Shown here: one piece after another, positions 39,521-53,020 of the stretch
Numbering within the stretch: the first letter of the stretch is position 1
Layout of the letters: the number at the start of each line of letters is the position of its first letter
Origin: Sphagnum compactum
Lineage: Eukaryota
Direction of reading: 5' to 3'
Length of the DNA stretch: 64,000 nucleotides
NCBI GenBank assembly: GCA_965153455.1
Contig: OZ234493.1
Coordinates: 28,014,213 to 28,078,212, forward strand
The notes under the pieces: model-generated
Database searches by the model: none
What the model was told of the DNA's origin: nothing
The model's input: the letters and a program-made list of their open reading frames with translations, nothing else
Translations under genes and position numbers: made by a program

Positions 39521-40444
39521 CACACCAAGCCGACAAAAAAACCTTTCACGAACTTACACAATAGCATGCAGCAGGCAAACTCCGCGGCCGCATGAAAACA
39601 GCCAGCAATAGGATGCAAGGATTAGGACGCAACGGAAGCGTCGAGTGGTCGTCAAAGCCTCCGTGCGTTGATGGCACGCACCACCGATTCTCTCTTCTGC
39701 CTCCCACTGAACCCTACTGTAACCTTCTTACCCATCAGGCATTTCTTCGTTATAGCTTCTCGCACATTTGCGCAGGAGACTATGCTTTCAAATCTCCAGT
39801 GGGCAGAAGTAATGTGGCAGTACGATCTTTAGAAAATTGCAGCAACCCTCTTAACCTTTCCGCTAGCTTCAGTTGCTGCTCTCAGATCCCTAATTGTTGT
39901 ATCACTGATCTAGTCTCTCCTGTTTTGGAATTTCTTTCAGATTGTTTTCCCGTCTGCTTGTTTGATTTGCTTGGGTAAGAGGTTTTTGCATCTTTTGAAT
40001 TGTGAGTTCTTTGAACGGTCCTGTACCAACGGCTCCTAGCAGTGTCTCTGGTTTCCACAACTTTCCCAGGATTTGAGTCTGCGGGGTGGTCAGAGGCTCT
40101 TTGTTCAGACTTTAATTGAAGATTGTCATGGACCATTCCTTCATGGTTCCTTTAGCGGTTTTGATTCATTCCTTTTTTCAATGCAGTTGTGGTCTTTAGT
40201 TTTCCCTAGAATAATTGTGTTTTCTGTCTATTTCTTGACCTGATTTATGGTTTCTGTTCAGGAAATGCCTGTCATAATTTGGTACATCATCTTATGTTTC
40301 TCCATGTTTCTTCACCCCATTTATCCGTCTTCGTTATACATTTGACTCAGCTTGGACTTGTGTTTGTGGAAGGGTAATGGAGATCAAAAGAATAGATGTG
40401 AAAAGACTTCTCCAAATTGAGTTGCTTATGTAGTCCAGTTGTTG

Positions 40445-40890
40445 ATGGATATCCAGGGTTTGTAGAATAAACTTGCCTTGTTGAAGGAACTGCTACCTCT
40501 GCAGGCAGCAGTGAACAAGGAGGAAGCTTTGATTTTACAATTTGCTTCGAGCTTGCCCAGAATCCTGCCTGTGGTGAGATTTGGTAACATCTATATTGCT
40601 GGCCCTGCTGCCTCTACCAGTGTACTCAGATGCGAAGTCTTTATCAAGACTGTCGGCAGTGTAGAAGAGAGAGTTATACAAATTATATAGGAGGGGTAAG
40701 GTTGGTTGTGTTGATCCTCACACGAAAGCTGTGCCAGGTCCAAGCAGGTCCATGGCATCCACCTGAACAATATCCTGCAACCTTCCAGCACTCAGGGCAT
40801 CCATACCATGGATTCAATTTCATGTCTAGCACCACAGGACCTGCTGCAACTGCACACTTTGGCTTCATCGCTCTCTCTTCTGGGATTTGT
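40445..40890 (+). pseudogene. Pseudogene of an RMA1/RNF5/RNF185-type C3HC4 RING E3 ligase
   Basis: Collinear pieces in shifting frames: GGSFDFTICFELAQNP / PVV / HLYCWPCCLYQ / QDC / GSVEERVI / LYRRGKVGCVDPHTKAVPGP / GPAATAHFG..ALSSG. First Cys lost, last CxxC partly deleted, several frameshifts and stops, C-terminal TM absent. Confidence 0.8.
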
Positions 40891-42509
40891 GCTCAGACTA
40901 GATCTGTGATAAACCTCAACCAGATGTGGACTCCTTTGTGTGCTACAAGTACCAAGTGAACAAAGAAATTCCTTTGTCAGAAGCAGTTGTCTCACACTAG
41001 TCAATACAATGTGGAACTCCAAGAAAAGGTGGGGTGTAATGGGTAAAACCCAGTTCTCAATTTGCTGTTCTGTGGGCTGTTCAAGAGTTAGATTGTAGGA
41101 TGAGCAAAGTACAGTCCATCTAATTGCAACTCTTGCATCTCCAATGATATGATTTGAACTTGCCACAGCAAAGGATCTCCTGAGGACTAATGCTCTCATT
41201 TAATCTTGTGCCAACTGAACCAAGCTGATACAAGCAAAGCTCGGGGATTTTCTGGCATACTTGCAAAGATTCCAGAAGATTTGTAGAGCTTGCAGGGTGC
41301 TTGCTGGGAGCTTGCATATTCAATACTAGTAGGCAGAGGAAGTGGTTACTTTCTCACAGTAGGTGCCATTATATTCCAACAATCTACCTTCTAGTCATGG
41401 ACTTGAATTAAGATTTTCCAACTATTTTGTCTTCCAAAACAAAGATTCTTTGCACCCTGAGCCCTGATGCTTTGCATCAAAGCCTGAATTGCAATGCACT
41501 CCCAAACAGGAGTGCCTTACATGCATTTGGAAGCTTCTTGTTGCCACATTCAAGTTTTGGGTTACCCAAAAATGTTGGATTGAACATTAAACCATTCAAT
41601 TGCAATAAAAAGTCAGACCTAGGTCTAAAAGGAAATGCAAAACCCTGAAAGTCTGCAGTTTGACCTAACAGTATTGAGAGATCCCAATAACAGAAAGGAT
41701 TGCTGTAATTTGTCTTACACCTATCATGTGTTGCTTGAGCATCTATCAAGAGAGTAAAACACAAAGACATCAAAAGGAAACTTGCTTTGGTGAGCATTGT
41801 TACAGTTGACTGACTGTCAGGATGGCAAGCGCAGAAACACAAGATTCACAAACAAAACACAAAGAAATTGGAGTACACAAGCATTTGGAATGTGCTTTTC
41901 TTGTGGTGAAGTTCATTATCCCCATCAGATGGAATGACACATTGTAGATCCACACATGAGATGGTCTTGGTATTCTCAAAACCTTCCTCCTCACAACACT
42001 TGTATCTATCAAAAGTCACTCCAGGGTTCCATGGATCCTCTGGGGAATGGCTCTGCTATATCCACTCACATGGTTATGGTTGGCAGCAACCATACTCCCT
42101 CTATTGCTCTTTGAAAATAATATCCATGTGATTGCTTAGAGAACTCAACAAAAACATATAAAAGTGACCAAACAAATGGTGCGAATTCCAGCCAAACCAA
42201 AACCAAACCTGACAAGAAAGAGTCTAGTCATAACTTCGTGGAGTCGTGAGTATCACAAAGTATCAGACCATCAGCTTCATCATGAATGGCAGAGACTAGC
42301 TGCCATCACCCCCAACTGCCTTCATCAGCTCCTAACAAGTAGCGTAGATAAGAGTGTAATAGATAAGAAAACAACAGCAAAGAGCACATGCCACACAAGT
42401 TCAGAAGCTCTCACAAACTTGTAAGCACCTCTACACAAAGAGCAACTTGAGGTTTCCCATTGTCTGAGGAGAATGAGACCAAGACTCTGACTAGCCACAA
42501 AAGGGTTGA

Positions 42510-43246
42510 TCAGGCTTTCATGTCCACAGGCTGGACGGCAGCTGCATTTGGTTGTTGCTGGTTTTGCTGGTAGTTAAGGGGCCTCCGGAAGAGCATGATA
42601 TGAGGCTCAGGTCGATGGATTGCGTAGTGCACCCATCCCCTGGACTGCTGCACTCCTATAGCTCGCCATTCTGCCTGCTCTACACCAGAGCCCATCTTGT
42701 CCCTTTTTTAGGGTTCCCTAATATCTCTTATGAGTTCTTTTGAAATGCAGTTACGATTCGACTGATCATCAAGTCCTCTTGACATGATTTCTTATGAACC
42801 CGAGCAACAGGACAAGGAACAACAATACTGGGACGGACAATAGAAACCCACCTCAGACAGCAGACGGTTCTTTGGTAGCAGCTTTGCTATGTCGGGAGGC
42901 AGTACCACATGCCTGTATCAACACCCAGCAAAGCATCACCGGACGTCATCAGGCAACAGATCTCAACCAATGCAACTTCGTCTACTGGGATGATCTAGAC
43001 CTATGTACCGCATCTAGTACACTGAAAAACCAGTATGCAATAAGAAAGCAGATCAGATTCAGGACTCACTATCATGACATAAAACCTTACAACAACCGCA
43101 ACGCAAAAAAAAACATCTGAGGGATGGATAACCCATCTCAGATTCGCACTTAAACAGGAATGCGAAGCAAAACCGGATTGAAATATGACGCACCTATACT
43201 CATACGTGTCATCGAAATACTTCTCGGAGTACTGAATCTGTGGCAT
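42510..43246 (-). CDS. CKS1: Cyclin-dependent kinases regulatory subunit, 92 aa, exons 43246-43194, 42912-42852, 42674-42510
   Basis: [75 protein letters not shown]..., with the Gln-rich tail typical of plant CKS. GT-AG introns in phase. Confidence 0.96.
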
Positions 43247-46200
43247 CTCGCTTGATCTCTCTCTCACACACAATGCAAAACGCTTGCTTTACTCAACGGG
43301 GCGCGATTATGACAAACAACGAGGTGTGATGGCTAACAACAAATAGTGCAGAAGCGGCTTCCGAATGGGGTAAGCGCTGTATAATGGAACTGATCCACAA
43401 TAGTGCGGTTTCAGAAAAGACGTACTTTAATTATGAGTCTTGGCATGATCCTCACCTGCCAATTCTCGTCTCATTCATTAACAAGGCCATGATGTCTATG
43501 CCTTTAAGAGATCCTTGACAGTCCAATCGTCAGACCGTGCATACGACAGTCTAGATTATTGGGTATTGCCAGAAGATATGACGGCCCTGACAGGCAGGCT
43601 GTGGGGCATGTCTCTTTCATTACGTTTTCCGAGGAACCACGCACATCAGGAGAAGTGTGCCGGTGAAAGATCTAGCTAGCTGGACTTAAGCATTACTGCA
43701 AATCAGTTTTCTTCGATACCTTAGCAACAACCACCTTATGATCTTTGGCAAGAAACGATTGTAAGATTATGAACGAGATGTGCTAAGCATCGACAGCATA
43801 TATGTACAAGCATTAACACCAAATCCAAGCCAAGCATGAAAGCAAAAGTCTCCTTGCACGTGATGTGATTTTGGAGAAGAAAGCAAATAAAAATCAGTGG
43901 GCTTTGTGGCATGAAATCCTACGAAACTGACCATTTCAGACTCCACAAATGCTCACAACTAGTTCCTTACTGACGTTTCCAAGCCAGACACAGAAGCACA
44001 ACATGTCTAATCTTGGAACTCCCTTCCATGGAGACACAACCTTTATGAGGGTAATCTAAATCGATAACCAATAGGAATAGATTTTGAGACTCTCTTGTCT
44101 ACCATTTTCACCAAGCAAGTATGCTCACTATCAGACTTGAATTGATAACCCATAAAAACAAATTTGAAGTTTGTCGTGTTTTACCATTTTCATCAAGTAA
44201 GCTTAAGGAAGCAAAGCTCAAAAAGGAGACAGAATCTTTTTGTTCTGTTTTATCTTTGCCATTTTCCTTTTTAGACACTCCCATCTTGCAATGCCAGGCT
44301 TACCCTGGCCTGGTTGGACTTGCGATAATTTTCTAATATTTGAAACTATATATATTTGCTGTGCTCTCTGCCCCAAGGCGTGATAAAACTCAATGATCAC
44401 ACTTTGAAGGAAACCAATCTGTGTCAATTTCCAGCCAAACCACCAGAAACAAAGACACAAAAGAATGCATGCAAGCTTAAGCTTCTTGTGAGTATCAAAG
44501 CTTCGTCTTCCTCACTGATTTCATCAGCTCCTGATAGTGGGTGTAGATAAGTGTATAAAAAATTTCACAAAAACCTCATCCTGAGTTTCTGTTCCATTTC
44601 CAGAATTCAATAGGAAGAAGACTCAGTCCTGATGTTGGCTAGGACTACAAAAAAACCAATACTATCTTCATTCCACCTGCAACAAGCTTTAAGGGTAGTG
44701 GCTTCATTTCATTTTAGCAAGTACAAACACAAGAACAGAATATGGTTTTTTCCTATGGCAGTAGGCCTTGGCTTATGACACGCGTGAGGTAAACTATGTG
44801 GTTTCATCCCTTTCAACGGAAAATATATGTGGTATACACAATAGTTTGACATTCATGTAAGATGTGCCAGGAAAAAACTATATTCTGTTATAGTGAAACA
44901 AGTGAGCATCCATGGCTATGAGCCAACATAGAAGGCTGCACTTACTTCCATGGAAGCAGTGAACTGCACATCCACTTTTGTGTTCTTTTTAATAGGAAGG
45001 CTTGGAAGGCACCATGATTCAGTTCTTCTACTCACCAGTTTTGTAGTTGAGCAGCAATCTTTTGTTGAATCATTTTGTTTAAACAGTCTCAAGAGGAGGA
45101 GGGAGGTTGACAGCAGACATACAGACTTTGAGTACAAGGACCTTGGCCAATATTGAGGTGGAGATCAACATTGAAGTGAATGGCCAACCTAGATTTATTC
45201 AACAATGTCAAGCCATGTCCCAAAGAAAACTTCAAACCTGAATCTCAGGTTGTGTGAACCAAACCCCCTAGAGTAGATACTGATTGGCCTGAAATTCTGG
45301 GTACAATTTTCTTCAAGTTCAGTTCCTGAAATGTCTCATGGTTCTCATGCCACCACAGTATGCTATGATGAAACTTGGATCAAGATTGTCATCATGCATG
45401 GAGCCAAGAAGTTGCAGCAAGAACTGCATATAATTTCAAACAGGACAGAAGACCCTGTGCTTAGATTTTAGGTGTGATTATTGGCCTGCTGCTACAATTC
45501 CAACATTGGCAAGCTTGAGCTGCTCTGTTTTCATTCAGGTGCCAGATCCAAACATCAGAATGCTTCAACTTGTTTGTATCATTTAGCTGAGTTGCCCTCT
45601 GAAAATGCAAGTATGCTGCCTGCAATTATTCAGCATTTATGTGTACTGAGTACATTGTACAGTTGGGGTTCATTCACACTGAATCATAGCAGGCTTCCAA
45701 TGGATGGTGCGCTGGTGGCTGTTGATTCACTCTGGTCCCTGACCTTTCTTGCTACATTGGTTTCCATTCAGTGTCCATTTGATTCAATAAGCCATGCCAG
45801 TCCTGGATACTATAAAGGCAGGTGCTCCAAAAGGCTCAGGATAAATGTATTATTAGCCAGAAGATGATGGTTGAATGGTCACTGCAAGGAGGAAGGAGGA
45901 ACTCATTCACAATATTGTATTTTATCTTAAGGTTACACTATGCAGGACCTGAACCCACAGCCACAGAAATTGCATTCCACTTGACTAATATTAATTGGCC
46001 AAAAACCCTTGTAAAAAGTTCGATGTTATGAATTCATGAGGATGTTGACTGATGGTGAATTGTCCAGTTTTGTTTAGGAACACCTTAGGAGCTCTTAGTA
46101 GTGTAGAGGTATGTACATGTGCAGAAGCAACCCTAAACCCATTTACATTCTTGGCCACAATGCCCATGTGTATTCTATGTGGACATGTTTAGAAAGTTAC

Positions 46201-47379
46201 TAATGTTTCAGACTTAGAAGTTGGATTCAAAATGTAAATTTTTATCTGATTACGGAATGTGATCCATGTGCAAATTTGAATATTAATGTTAGGTGTTATT
46301 TCATTAAACATACATGTACAATATTATAATTGTTTTGTATTTGAATTGCAAGTGGTTGAGGTGGTTAACACATTGTCAACAGAGGTACATGTGCCCTTTT
46401 AAGAGTCCCTTCCTATTTCCAAGTTATACCTTAATATTTGAATCTTGATGGCACCTCAAGGTGATGGATTAGTCCCATTAATGTCCCATTAGTCCCATAA
46501 AAAGTTACATTTGAATTATAACGTTGACATTGATGTCAAATTGTAGGACCATGCATTGTAGGCAATTGTGTTATGTACATGTCTAGGTTGCTGATGTGAT
46601 CACCAAAGAGACAACTCAACTACATACAACCACTCAACTAGTGCATCAAAGCCCAACCTACCAAGTGAGCCCCAATGACACAAAATAGGTACATAGGTTA
46701 TACATTTTATACACCCATGTGAATATGAAGTAACTTATACATGTACATTTGTTTCAACATGGCCTTTATAATCAATTTGTTGAGGAGAACAAACATCCAC
46801 ATGTGTGGTAAATTGTAATTTGTTTTGATATTCACATTTATGGAAATGAAGATGCAACACTTGGGACTCAAGCACATTAGGACTTACATTTGGAAGTTAT
46901 CGAGCTTGTAGTGAAAGAGGTATATATGGTGAAGGTCAAACAATATAAAATAGAGATGTGTAGTTCATTCAATGTTTTCATGTTTACTTCACTACAACCC
47001 ACATTTGCAATTACTTGGTAATGTTGGTGCAATTGTGTATGTGCACATGTTTTTAATGACAAAGTCATATATTTTCCCATGTCGTTTGGGATAATGTTGG
47101 TAGCAGGCCAAGAAGGGGAAAAAACCAAATAAAGCAAACCTTCCAAATTTTCAATCTCGAGGACTACCACCATTATTGCAGCCAAGCACAATAGGAAACC
47201 AATTCTACCAATTCAATTATGCAGTAGGTGAGTCCTTGATACCCATAACTGGTCATGGCTTTACTTGTAATTATACAAACTTTTCTTTTGGTAAGCTTGT
47301 TGGTGTTATCATGACCAATATGAATGCACATGTTTATTATTATTCATGGTTGCACTTTTATTTTACAATTTGCCAAAGG

Positions 47380-47620
47380 TGAAGCGATGTGGTTAATGAA
47401 GGGGCATAACATTGTAGCCAATGTTGTAGTTGTTGGTGTTGCGGGGACAAATTTGTTTCATGGGGCAAATATTCAAGATGGTGTGTACAAGGTAGAAGTT
47501 TGTGGGGTAGTGTTACTAGACACCCCTTTACCTTTCCCTAATCACAATGATGAACCTATGGAACTACTTTTGAAGCATGTCAAAAGCTCAATTTGCATTG
47601 TGGGAAGGTGTACATATGCG
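47380..47620 (+). pseudogene. CACTA TnpA/Tnp1-like (ORF2) remnant
   Basis: IVANVVVVGVAGTNLFHGANIQDGVYKVEVCGVVLLDTPLPFP resembles the VA.G....HG......YKV.V..V....LP.P domain of En/Spm accessory proteins. Followed by ~1 kb dense in GCAACT/AGTTGC subterminal motifs (47950-49040). Confidence 0.55.
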
Positions 47621-49149
47621 GAAAGTTTAATAGATAGTTATATGTAGAAGTTACCACTGTTGACAGCAAATGTGATGTCACAAACAATTGTGAACTTTTT
47701 GTATCATGTCATTGTATGATGTGATTTTTTGAACTCGTAATTTAAATCCCAATGTTGTATTTTCCCATTGAAGTATTGGAGGAATTACTAGTTTGTTGTA
47801 ACTTATGTCCCTAATTGAGCGATGTTGTTGGCAACTCGAATTGCACAATTATATTATTGTTGTCTTATTTGTGACTAAAATTCTAACCTTTAATGTTGAA
47901 AGTTTGTACTTGGGTTTAATGGTTGGCTTAAGGTTTGTTGTAGTTGCATAGAAAATCAATCAATTGCAACTATCCTAGTTGCATGTTGTGCTAATGTGCA
48001 AGTCACCTGGTTCCATGCTAGTGTTTATTGCAACTACTAAGTCAATTGAACATGTTTAACGACTATTGTAATTGCATCTAAATGCACCTCGCAACTACCA
48101 GTGCAATTACCATAACAATAATTAATGGCACATGTGACTTACTATTCAATTATAGGAGTTGCAACACAACTTACTTTTCATTTGTGTCAACAATTTAATC
48201 ACACATGTGAGTAAATATGCAATTGTTCTAGTCAACAATGTGATTACAAATGCAACTAATGTTGTTGCAAATACAATTTCACTTGTATGTATGTGGATGC
48301 CATGTCTCCAATATAGTTGCACATGTGGATTTGAATGCAATTACATTAGTTGCAAACACAACACAATTCTTACCAATGTGGGTTCTACACGTCATCATGT
48401 AGTCATACATGTGACTCTGTATGAAACTCATATAATCACAAACACAATTACAAAATTCTACCACATAGGCTATCAGGTGAACATTAGTGGTTGCACATGT
48501 GATAATTTTTGCAACTACCATAGTCACACAAAAAATTCCACAAATCGACCTAGAATCACATGTGTCAGTAGGTGGTTGGTGGGCATTGCCAATTGTCAAA
48601 GCTTGTAAACTATATATGCTAAATTTTCCAATAAATTTCATAAATAAGATATTGCCACATGTCAAAATATTTGCATGACATAAAATAAAATTTAGTTAAC
48701 CCAATAATTTATAAATTGCCACGTGGTTGTATCATAATTGTCCAAGCATCAACATGTGGCACCATATGGTTAAGTGTAACCTAGTCGCAAATGCAAATGC
48801 AGTTGTTCATGCCACATCCACCTAGTTGCAAAGGTAGTTGCATAGTCTTGCAACTATAGGTGCCATATCAATGGATGAAAAATCCTTTCTAGTTGTAAGC
48901 AATATGTGATTATAGTTATGATTACTATCCACTTGGACATTTTTTGCAACTACAAGTCTTTTGCCACTTGTCCAAGGCGACTGGAGGGTTAACAATCGCA
49001 TGTGTTTGTAATTAAAAAGTTGTCGTTTGTGACTAAAATTCGTCATTTATTTCCTTTTAATATTATTTAGAACGGTCCATAACATTTGGTTGCAATAATC
49101 TAGCAACAGGGGTATAACCTATTTGCTGCAACGTCCAATGATTATGTGT

Positions 49150-49710
49150 GAGCATTCAGGTAGTCTTCATTGTATTATGCCTTCTTACAAGGAGGTGCAT
49201 TTGGGACTAGTCCAAACAATTATGAATTGTGCTTGTGTAGGGTTAGTTAGTTAGGGGACCCAGTCAAAATTGTTGCTATAGTTGCCAAGTACACTGATCC
49301 AAATGCTTGGCCAAAATCAAGGAATGGAAATAAGATTCATTGTCTTAACACTTTCAAGTTATCCATTCTGTAAGAAAACAATTGGGAAGTGGGATGAACT
49401 CTTGAAGCCACACTATCAACTCCCTCAAACATTTTTCCTCCATGACATTGGATGGATTTACCGCCTTCTTTTAGGACCACCAGAATTTTATAAACAATAT
49501 GAGGTAACAATTAATGATTACCTAGCTTACAATTGCATGGATTTTTCTTCCATGATGGCCTTCGTCCTTGGGCAAGTGGGTGCCTTATAAGTATATTACA
49601 TTTTGCAATATACCATGTATTCTAGGATTAGAAGACCATTCATCCACTATCCATCTTGGAGTTGGAATGAAGTTCATAGATTATTAAATCGTGCCAAAAT
49701 CCTAGAAGTA
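49150..49710 (+). pseudogene. Degraded SWIM zinc-finger transposon-related ORF (MULE-like)
   Basis: KQYEVTINDYLAYNCMDFSSMM..LG...YYILQ..M....FIHYPSWSWNEVHRLL matches the Y.V.I...P.C.C.DF...CKH SWIM layout with decayed ligands. Confidence 0.45.
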
Positions 49711-50009
49711 AATTAGATTATAGAGTCATTAGATTGTTTTTAAATAGGACTATTATGGGTTCTGTTCTTTAGGAATTTATTCTACTGCAAGAATGATAAT
49801 ATTCTTCAACATGATGTGTGTAGTGCATTATTCACTAATTTCTCAAGCATTTTCCCATTCCATCATTATGTGGACTTCCTCCCCTTGACTTATTATGTGA
49901 CTTGATTTAACTTACACAAGTTATTTTTTCACCCTTTTCCTTCGAGTTTTGCTTTTGACACCTTTTTTTGCAGATGAAATTGGACACGAAAATTATGCGA
50001 GTCCAAAAA

Positions 50010-50350
50010 TTTCCATTTGTCATAATTGTTTTGGAATTACTTTCATCCATACATTCAACTAGTTGGAAGTTTCATCCAAATAATTCGTCTACTTCCAATT
50101 ATCATCCAAAAGTTCATTCATGCTCCATGTTTATCCAAATATTTCATCCTTTTTGTAACTTTCATCCATGTAGATGTGGTTTTCATTTGGCATAACTATT
50201 TTGGAATTAGTTCCATCCATACATTTCAACCTATCAAAATTTTCATCCAAATTATTTGTCAACTTATAATTATCATCCAAAAAGATCATTGATGTTCAAT
50301 TTCATCCAAATTTTTCATCCATTTTGTGACTTTCATCCATGTACATGTGA
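50010..50350. repeat. ~170-bp tandem duplication rich in TTCATCC
   Basis: CATTTG.CATAA.T.TTTTGGAATTA.TT.CATCCATACATT at ~50014 and ~50184. Both units end ACTTTCATCCATGTA.ATGTG. Confidence 0.8.
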
Positions 50351-51849
50351 AAAATTATTTTCCACGTCATTCCTATGTGACATAGGGATATTCTAAGAAT
50401 ATTATGTCCACATCATCAAAATATTCCAAAAATATCCATTCTTGTTCACAACTTCATGCTCACGTGCTCGCTTCATAACATCGTTGCCAAGTTATGAAAG
50501 TTGCCGAATCAACCATCATGGCAACTAAAGAGATAGTAGTTGGTAATATGCATGCAGAACATGGTCAAAAACTTGTGGATGTAAGCAAGGAATTATCAAT
50601 GGATGAAAGAACCAATGGAAGTGAGAAAGAAGGTGAGGAAAATCAAGAACCATTAATAGATACCAATTTTGGACTATTAGGAGATCTCAAAAGTGAACAA
50701 CTTCACTATAAGAAAAGAAAGGTAGTGGTTGAGGATGATGAAAACTTGAATGGCAATTTCAAAGAGCCTCCTTCAGAGAGAAAAAAATCTAGTTCCCTAG
50801 AGCGGAAAGGTAGTAAAGAGAAGTATGAAAATTATAAGACATCTAGATTGCCTAGCAATAAGAAGGCAAGTCGAGCACCAAAAGTTCCTATGTAGGATAG
50901 AGTATCATCTGCAAAGACAGCTAGACAAGTTGCACATGCACATAAGAGTAGTGGCCGACTAGTCAAGAGTCGAAAGTGAATTTTATTTTTGGAGATGTAC
51001 AATTTTCTCTTGAGATGTCCAAAACCATAGGCTATGCCACATGGATAAAACCTAAGTAACTAGGTTCAGCCTAAAATTAGATACCTACTCCTAAGATCTT
51101 TATGTCTAGGAACTTACAACCTAAGCTCCTAGGCCTAAGTCTAGGAGCCTATAACTAGCGACTAAATGAAGAAGCCTAAAGTAGGTTAGGGCAACCTAAG
51201 CTATGACCTTTACTAAATTTAACTGTACACCACCTAAATTAAACCTACACCTAGATGACTTAAGTAGGGAAATCCTATTTCACTTTGAATTTGGCCTTTA
51301 AGGTTGAACCTTTTCAATTGGGTAATCCAAAGTGGCTTTCCTTTTTAAAATATTTTCTATGTCGTGGATGCGTATGGTGCATCTATTGATATTGTTTATC
51401 ATTTGGAAATTGATGACAAACAATATGGGACAAACTTTTGGGAGGGAGAAACATTTTCATGTCCACACAACACTAAAGCCTTTTAGTTCACACAACGTCA
51501 TTCTTAAATAACTATGTAAAATAGACTTTTTAGTAATCCTTTATGCCTCTTCAATGAATTGTCACCATCGGCAACTAGAAACAACAATGTAAAGTCGGAG
51601 TGTTCAATTCCAACAATTCTTCTTGTTAACAAATCTTGTTGTTTACCTCGCAAAACCTTCGAGTCTGAAAGCAAATGCAACTACAAGGTGGGGAATTCCA
51701 TGGTAGTGCTCCTAACACCAGTGAATATTTCATCAATTAAGTCAACTAAATTTGTAGTGTGGTGGATTGATTTGAGATTTCAATGGTCCCCATAATATCA
51801 ATTGGTTGTAAAACCACATCTTTGTTTTGCTTTTTGAAAACAAAACCAT

Positions 51850-52136
51850 CTCGTGATCATGATGGTTTGTAATTGGTCGGTGCACCCCATGTTATGTACC
51901 CACATCTTGAATAATTACACCATCAGGAACATTTGGATGCAGAACTTTGAACATTTTCATGATATGTTTACAGATAATCCCTTGTTGTGTGTGAGGATAG
52001 TTGCATTGTGGCCACTCTGAATTTAAAGCATGTATAGTCCACATTTTGGGTCTATGGTTCATGGATGCAACGAACGCAATGTCCTCATTGTCTACACAAA
52101 TTAAAACTTGCAATCATGTATACCTCGAGCTCGAAG
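51850..52136 (-). pseudogene. MULE/MuDR transposase SWIM-domain remnant, interrupted by an LTR
   Basis: IAFVASMNHRPKMWTIHALNSEWPQCNYPHTQQGIICKHIMKMFKVLHP (C-x-[C>Y]...CKH). Confidence 0.65.
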
Positions 52137-52765
52137 TGTCGCAACCCTAGCCTTGGCTCGCGACCAAGGCAAGGGGGTCGCAAGTGTGCGGGCCTATAAG
52201 TAGACCTGGGGGTCATATCACATGCTCCCGGGAGTGCAAAGAGTGTGAGGGAGTGAACCCTCACACTCCCAAGTGAACTCCCATGTTGGGAGTTGGTGAT
52301 AGTGGAGTCCCAAAAGGACTCCCGAAACTTCAGAGAGCATTTTGAGGGGTCAAAACTCAATGGCTTGTTGCATTCTTTACATCAATGAAAAGCTCTTGAA
52401 GTGTAGATGTCTAAAATGGGCTCGCATTGCTCATTTGAACATCTGAAACACGAGTTATGGCCAAAAGAAGGCCCGGGAGTCGAACTCCCGGGAGTCGACC
52501 AGTTTTGACTCCCGACCACTAAAAGTCAAGAATCGACCCGAAATACTTGGCTACAGAAAACATGCAACATACCGTTGAAAAGGTCTCGACGAGACCTACA
52601 ATTTTGCTTCAGACGGCGAGTCGATCGGAGGTTTGCTCCGATAGTTACGAAGCTTCAAAGTCGCGGGAGTCCCGAAAATGCGCGATTTCGGGACTCCCAC
52701 GCGGGAGTCCCGGGAGTCCCGGGACAAAATGGCCATTTGGATGCCACCCTTGCGACGAGTCACAG
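52137..52765 (+). mobile_element. 5' portion of an LTR, interrupted by the LINE insertion
   Basis: Starts TGTCGCAACCCTAGCCTT and is collinear with the solo LTR at 30560. It stops at GCCATTTGGATG...GAGTCACAG, where related LTRs continue AG.ATA.TATAAGGGGG. Confidence 0.85.
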
Positions 52766-53020
52766 GGTGAACCCCTTGCGGGGAGGGAGGCATCAGCCCC
52801 TTCAGTCATTAGAGAAATTAAGAAAGTACAAAGGGGGGAGCAAGTGCCACGAGATCGCAGCCTCGCCCTCCCCAAAGATCTGGCCGTGAAGCCACTTGGA
52901 CTTAAAGGCCTGCTCAATGTCTAACTGCTTAACCTAGCTCCTAATCTGCCTAGAAGATCTAATGGCCTTCCAGGTGGCCATGCCCACCTCGGCCGTGGCT
53001 TCCCAGGACTGGAGCAGGAC
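52766..53020 (-). mobile_element. 3' end of L1-type LINE (ORF2 C-terminus plus short structured 3' UTR)
   Basis: VLLQSWEATAEVGMATWKAIRSSRQIRS*VKQLDIEQAFKSKWLHGQIFGEGEAAISWHLLPPLYFLNFSND* (stop at 52802-52804). Same strand as the LINE body at 59970-64000 and homologous to 10111-10263. Confidence 0.85.

Noticed and set aside
40900-42130. Additional gene between the RING pseudogene and CKS1
   Set aside because: Short ORFs on both strands with no recognisable motif or consistent splice chain.
43300-46100. Protein-coding gene divergent from CKS1
   Set aside because: Genic-like composition, but only short ORFs, none assignable or joinable with confidence.
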